This document shows, piece by piece, positions 60,982 through 64,000 of a stretch of 64,000 bases of DNA (the first letter of the stretch is position 1; each line of letters opens with the position of its first letter). The stretch is from contig JBMNHG010000002.1 of NCBI GenBank assembly GCA_050950285.1, forward strand, positions 124,001-188,000, given 5' to 3'. This stretch comes from Kiritimatiellia bacterium. Its GTDB lineage: Bacteria > Verrucomicrobiota > Kiritimatiellia > RFP12 > JBMNHG01. The position numbers and the translations under genes were made by a program. A model generated the notes under the pieces. It saw only the letters and a program-made list of their open reading frames with translations, searched no databases and was not told where the DNA came from.

Positions 60982-63934
60982 GCCTGCGGGGCGGCTCCCG
61001 GGACGCGAGGCCGGCGGCGGCGAGCCGTTCCCGGCTCGCGACGACGGCGACGGCGGAATGCGGGAGCCCCTCGTCGAAGAGGGAGAGCATGGCCTCGCGG
61101 ACGCTCTCGGAGGTGGCGGAACGGCGTGCCGCGAAGATCTCCTGGCGGAGCGTCTCGTCGATTCCGCCCAGATAGCGCATCAAGGCGACGGAGGTGGCCT
61201 CGAAGGGACGCACCGGGCTCACGGCGCCCGCCGAACAGGCGATGATGGCGCGATGGATGTCGTCCCGGGTCCATGGCGCCGTCGCCACGTAGTCGCGGGC
61301 GCCGTCGAAAACGGCGAGGGTCTCGGCGATGCGGGGGTCCCAGCCGGAGTAGAGGAGGGCGGTTCCGGCGGGGGCGGCGTAGGTTGCGCCGGCGCCGTAG
61401 GCATTCCCCTTGAAGCGGATTTCGGGGAGGCAGTATTGGTTGGAAACGAGGTTCATGCCCACGTCGAGAAGCGGGAAGCGCGGATCCCCGAACGCGGGCG
61501 CGGGCATGGCGAAGGCGCAATGGGCGACGGTTCCGGACACGGCGACGCCTTCGCGCGGGCGCTCCGGCGGGAAGGCGGGCGGAAGGGGCGCGGGGGGCGG
61601 AAGGGGCGCGGACGGCGCCGGGGCGGCGGCAATCCAGCCGCCAAGGGCCGCCTGGAGCGCGGAGAAGACGCTGTCGGAGCCCGTGAAGCTCGCAGCCCAG
61701 CGGCGCGGATCGAGAAGGAAGGCGCGGAGGCGCTCCACGTCCGCGGCGACCTTCGCGGCGGTGGCGTCGAAATCCGCGGCGGCGGCCTCGAGGAGGCGGA
61801 GGGTGTCGGGGTTGAAGCCGAGTTCGTAGGCGAAGGCCGAAACGGGGGAGACGTGGCGCGCGGCGGTGGCGCGGGCGAGGGCGAGCCCCTCCTCCGCCAG
61901 GGAATCGCGGCATGCCGCGGTTGTCTGGTCGAGCAGGTCGCGCAGGCGGCCGGCATCGCGGGCGTCCACGCCAAAGAGCAGATCGCCGAGGAGGGCGAGT
62001 GCGCCGGAAGCGGACTCGTCCAGCGTCCGGAGCGTGACGACCGCGCCGGGGAGGAAGTCGCCATTCGAGCGAAGGCTGGAGGAGACGGCAAGGGAGAGGC
62101 CTCCCGTGCAGGCGGCGCGGCGCGCCGCGAGGGTGGCGAAGTCCTGTCCGGCGGCGCCCATCCTGTTCCAGGCGATGGCGAACCAGCCCAGCGAGGAGCG
62201 GAGGTCGGGCGGAAGTCCCGCGAGATCCAGGTGCAGGGCGAGGTAGTTCACGCCGTTCGCGAAGACCTCGTTGCGCAGGAGGGGGACGCCGCGGACATCG
62301 CCGGGGACGGTGGGGATGGACTTCGGGCGGTCCGGCAGGTCGGCGATGGCGAGCTGCGGGAGGAGGGCGAGCTGTTCGGGGGGGTTGGGCCGGCCGTTCA
62401 GGGCGTCGAGCTCGGCGGCGGCGCGGTCGACCCGCCCGCGTTCGTCGTCGGACATCGCGGCGCGCCGCGCTTCGAGTTTCGCGGCGAGGGCCGCGGCCTT
62501 GCGGGCGGCGAGGTCGCGGTCCGGCCGCAGGGTGAGGCGCAACAGGTGCGGGTTGTCGAGCAGCTTCTCGCGCACGAGACGGCCGAAGTGGAGGGGGTCG
62601 GCCTGCCATCGGGCGCGGCAGGCGTCGAGCCGGGCGCGCGGGAACAGGAGGGTGAGCGGATCGCGGCCGTAGGGCCAGGCGCTGTTCACGCTGTTGAGCG
62701 TGGCGAGGGGAAGTTTCCTGCCGATCTCGCGGGAGGCGTAGGCAAGCTGCTGGAAGGCGGCCTCCGCTTCGGCGGCGGCGGGGGGCCGCGACGCCCAGTC
62801 GGAGAGGACGCGGCGCACGAGGGATTCGAAATCCGCGAAGCGTCCGGCGCGCGAGCCCTTCAATCCCACATGGAACTCCTTCATCCAGCCATGGGAGCAG
62901 AAGCCGGTAAGGCAGGTGTCCGCGCCGAGGCCCGAATCGACGAGGGCCTTGCGAAGCGGCGCGCCGTCATGGCCCAGGAGAAGGGTCTCGATCAGCTCCC
63001 AGTCCGCATGGGCGTCGGCATCGATGGCGTCGCCGATGGCCCAGTGGAGGGTGAGGTAGTCCATCTCCTCGCCGGGGTCGTCGGGGCCGGGCTCGTAGAA
63101 GGCTTCGGCGGAGCGCGGGGCGGACCAGGCTTCGGGCGCGGCGGGCGCAGGCGCGGCGGCGGAGGAGTCCGCCGTGAAGCCGGCGAGCAGGCGGTCGAGG
63201 AAGGCGGCAAGGTCGCCCGTGGGGATGTCGCCGTACGAGAAGATCAGCGCGTTCGAGGGGTGGTAGCGCGTGGCGTGGAAGTCGCGGAAGGCCTCGTAGG
63301 TGAGTTCGGGGATGTGGTCGGGATCGCCGCCGGAGTCGCGGCCCAGCGGGTGGCCGGGGTACAGCAGGCGATGGGCGAGGAAGTAGAGCCGGTTCTCCGG
63401 GCTGGCGGCATAGCCCTGCATCTCGCTGTAGACGATGCCCTTCAGAGTGAGGGGCGACGACGTGTCGCCCGGCTTCTCGAAGGCGAAGTGGTGCGCCTCG
63501 CGACGGAAGGTCTCGGGGGTGATCAGCGGATGGAAGACGGCGTCGAGGTAGACCTCGGCGAGGTTGAAGAAGTCCTTGGGGACGGGCGAACAAACGGGGT
63601 AGCTGGTGTAGTCCTGCGCGGTGAAGGCGTTGATGAAGGTGGCGAGGCTCATCTTGATCATCTCGAAGAAGGGCTCGCGCACGGGGAAGCGCTCGGAGCC
63701 TCCCAGCACCGAATGTTCGAGGATGTGCGGCACGCCCGTGTCGTCCGACGGGGGCGTGGGGAAGGTGATGGCCAGGCAGTTCTCGTTGTCCTCGGGCGCG
63801 GCGACATGCAGCAGGCGCGCGCCGGAGGCGTCGTGGAGGAAGAGGCGGGCTTCGGCGCGGAGGTCGGGAAGCGGGGCGATGCGGGTGCAGGTGAATCCGC
63901 TGATCGTCCCGCCCACGCGGAGGGGTGTGCTCAT
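60968..63934 (-). CDS. M16C (presequence protease/insulinase-like) metallopeptidase
   Basis: TGVPHILEHSVL.GS, INAFT..DYTSYP, YLDAVF.P, SGGDP, YHPSN, IRFKGNAYGA. Confidence 0.93.
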   Translation of the reverse strand: MSTPLRVGGTISGFTCTRIAPLPDLRAEARLFLHDASGARLLHVAAPEDNENCLAITFPTPPSDDTGVPHILEHSVLGGSERFPVREPFFEMIKMSLATFINAFTAQDYTSYPVCSPVPKDFFNLAEVYLDAVFHPLITPETFRREAHHFAFEKPGDTSSPLTLKGIVYSEMQGYAASPENRLYFLAHRLLYPGHPLGRDSGGDPDHIPELTYEAFRDFHATRYHPSNALIFSYGDIPTGDLAAFLDRLLAGFTADSSAAAPAPAAPEAWSAPRSAEAFYEPGPDDPGEEMDYLTLHWAIGDAIDADAHADWELIETLLLGHDGAPLRKALVDSGLGADTCLTGFCSHGWMKEFHVGLKGSRAGRFADFESLVRRVLSDWASRPPAAAEAEAAFQQLAYASREIGRKLPLATLNSVNSAWPYGRDPLTLLFPRARLDACRARWQADPLHFGRLVREKLLDNPHLLRLTLRPDRDLAARKAAALAAKLEARRAAMSDDERGRVDRAAAELDALNGRPNPPEQLALLPQLAIADLPDRPKSIPTVPGDVRGVPLLRNEVFANGVNYLALHLDLAGLPPDLRSSLGWFAIAWNRMGAAGQDFATLAARRAACTGGLSLAVSSSLRSNGDFLPGAVVTLRTLDESASGALALLGDLLFGVDARDAGRLRDLLDQTTAACRDSLAEEGLALARATAARHVSPVSAFAYELGFNPDTLRLLEAAAADFDATAAKVAADVERLRAFLLDPRRWAASFTGSDSVFSALQAALGGWIAAAPAPSAPLPPPAPLPPAFPPERPREGVAVSGTVAHCAFAMPAPAFGDPRFPLLDVGMNLVSNQYCLPEIRFKGNAYGAGATYAAPAGTALLYSGWDPRIAETLAVFDGARDYVATAPWTRDDIHRAIIACSAGAVSPVRPFEATSVALMRYLGGIDETLRQEIFAARRSATSESVREAMLSLFDEGLPHSAVAVVASRERLAAAGLASREPPRRLIAG

Positions 63935-64000
63935 GGCGGGCGGTTGGCAGGGGTCAATAGATGGGCGTGCAGAGGAGGGACTTTTCATCGAGGGCCTGCT

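Overview
This is bacterial DNA, probably from a PVC-superphylum lineage (Kiritimatiellia/Lentisphaeria-like; inferred from an H-X9-DG prepilin, an FGE-domain protein and typical C-terminal motifs). Bases 1 to ~9.0 kb form a visibly less GC-rich island holding one minus-strand operon of putative exported proteins: a hypothetical protein, an FGE/SUMF1-domain protein, a large GH-A+CBM9-like fusion and a metallophosphoesterase. The operon's first gene begins with a group II intron domain V/VI remnant that is translated in frame, and this gene is split by an intact IS630. A degenerate ISL3 flanks the island. From ~10 kb onward the DNA is GC-rich core genome: sugar catabolism (GH31, GH-A, GH4, SASA esterase, Gfo/Idh/MocA, TIM-barrel isomerases, eda, glgP, GH13 phosphorylase), envelope and housekeeping genes (GT9, mraY, uraA, ribF, PPIase, rhomboid, hrpA, pgsA, ymdB, M16C peptidase) and tRNA-Arg(TCT). 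It also holds a cobalamin-riboswitch-controlled operon (small lipoprotein, tandem-DUF4465 surface protein, pilin-like protein) with no BtuB/BtuFCD, a candidate new B12 capture system. Several single-base frameshifts are probably consensus errors. All calls are by-eye motif recognition; no searches were run.
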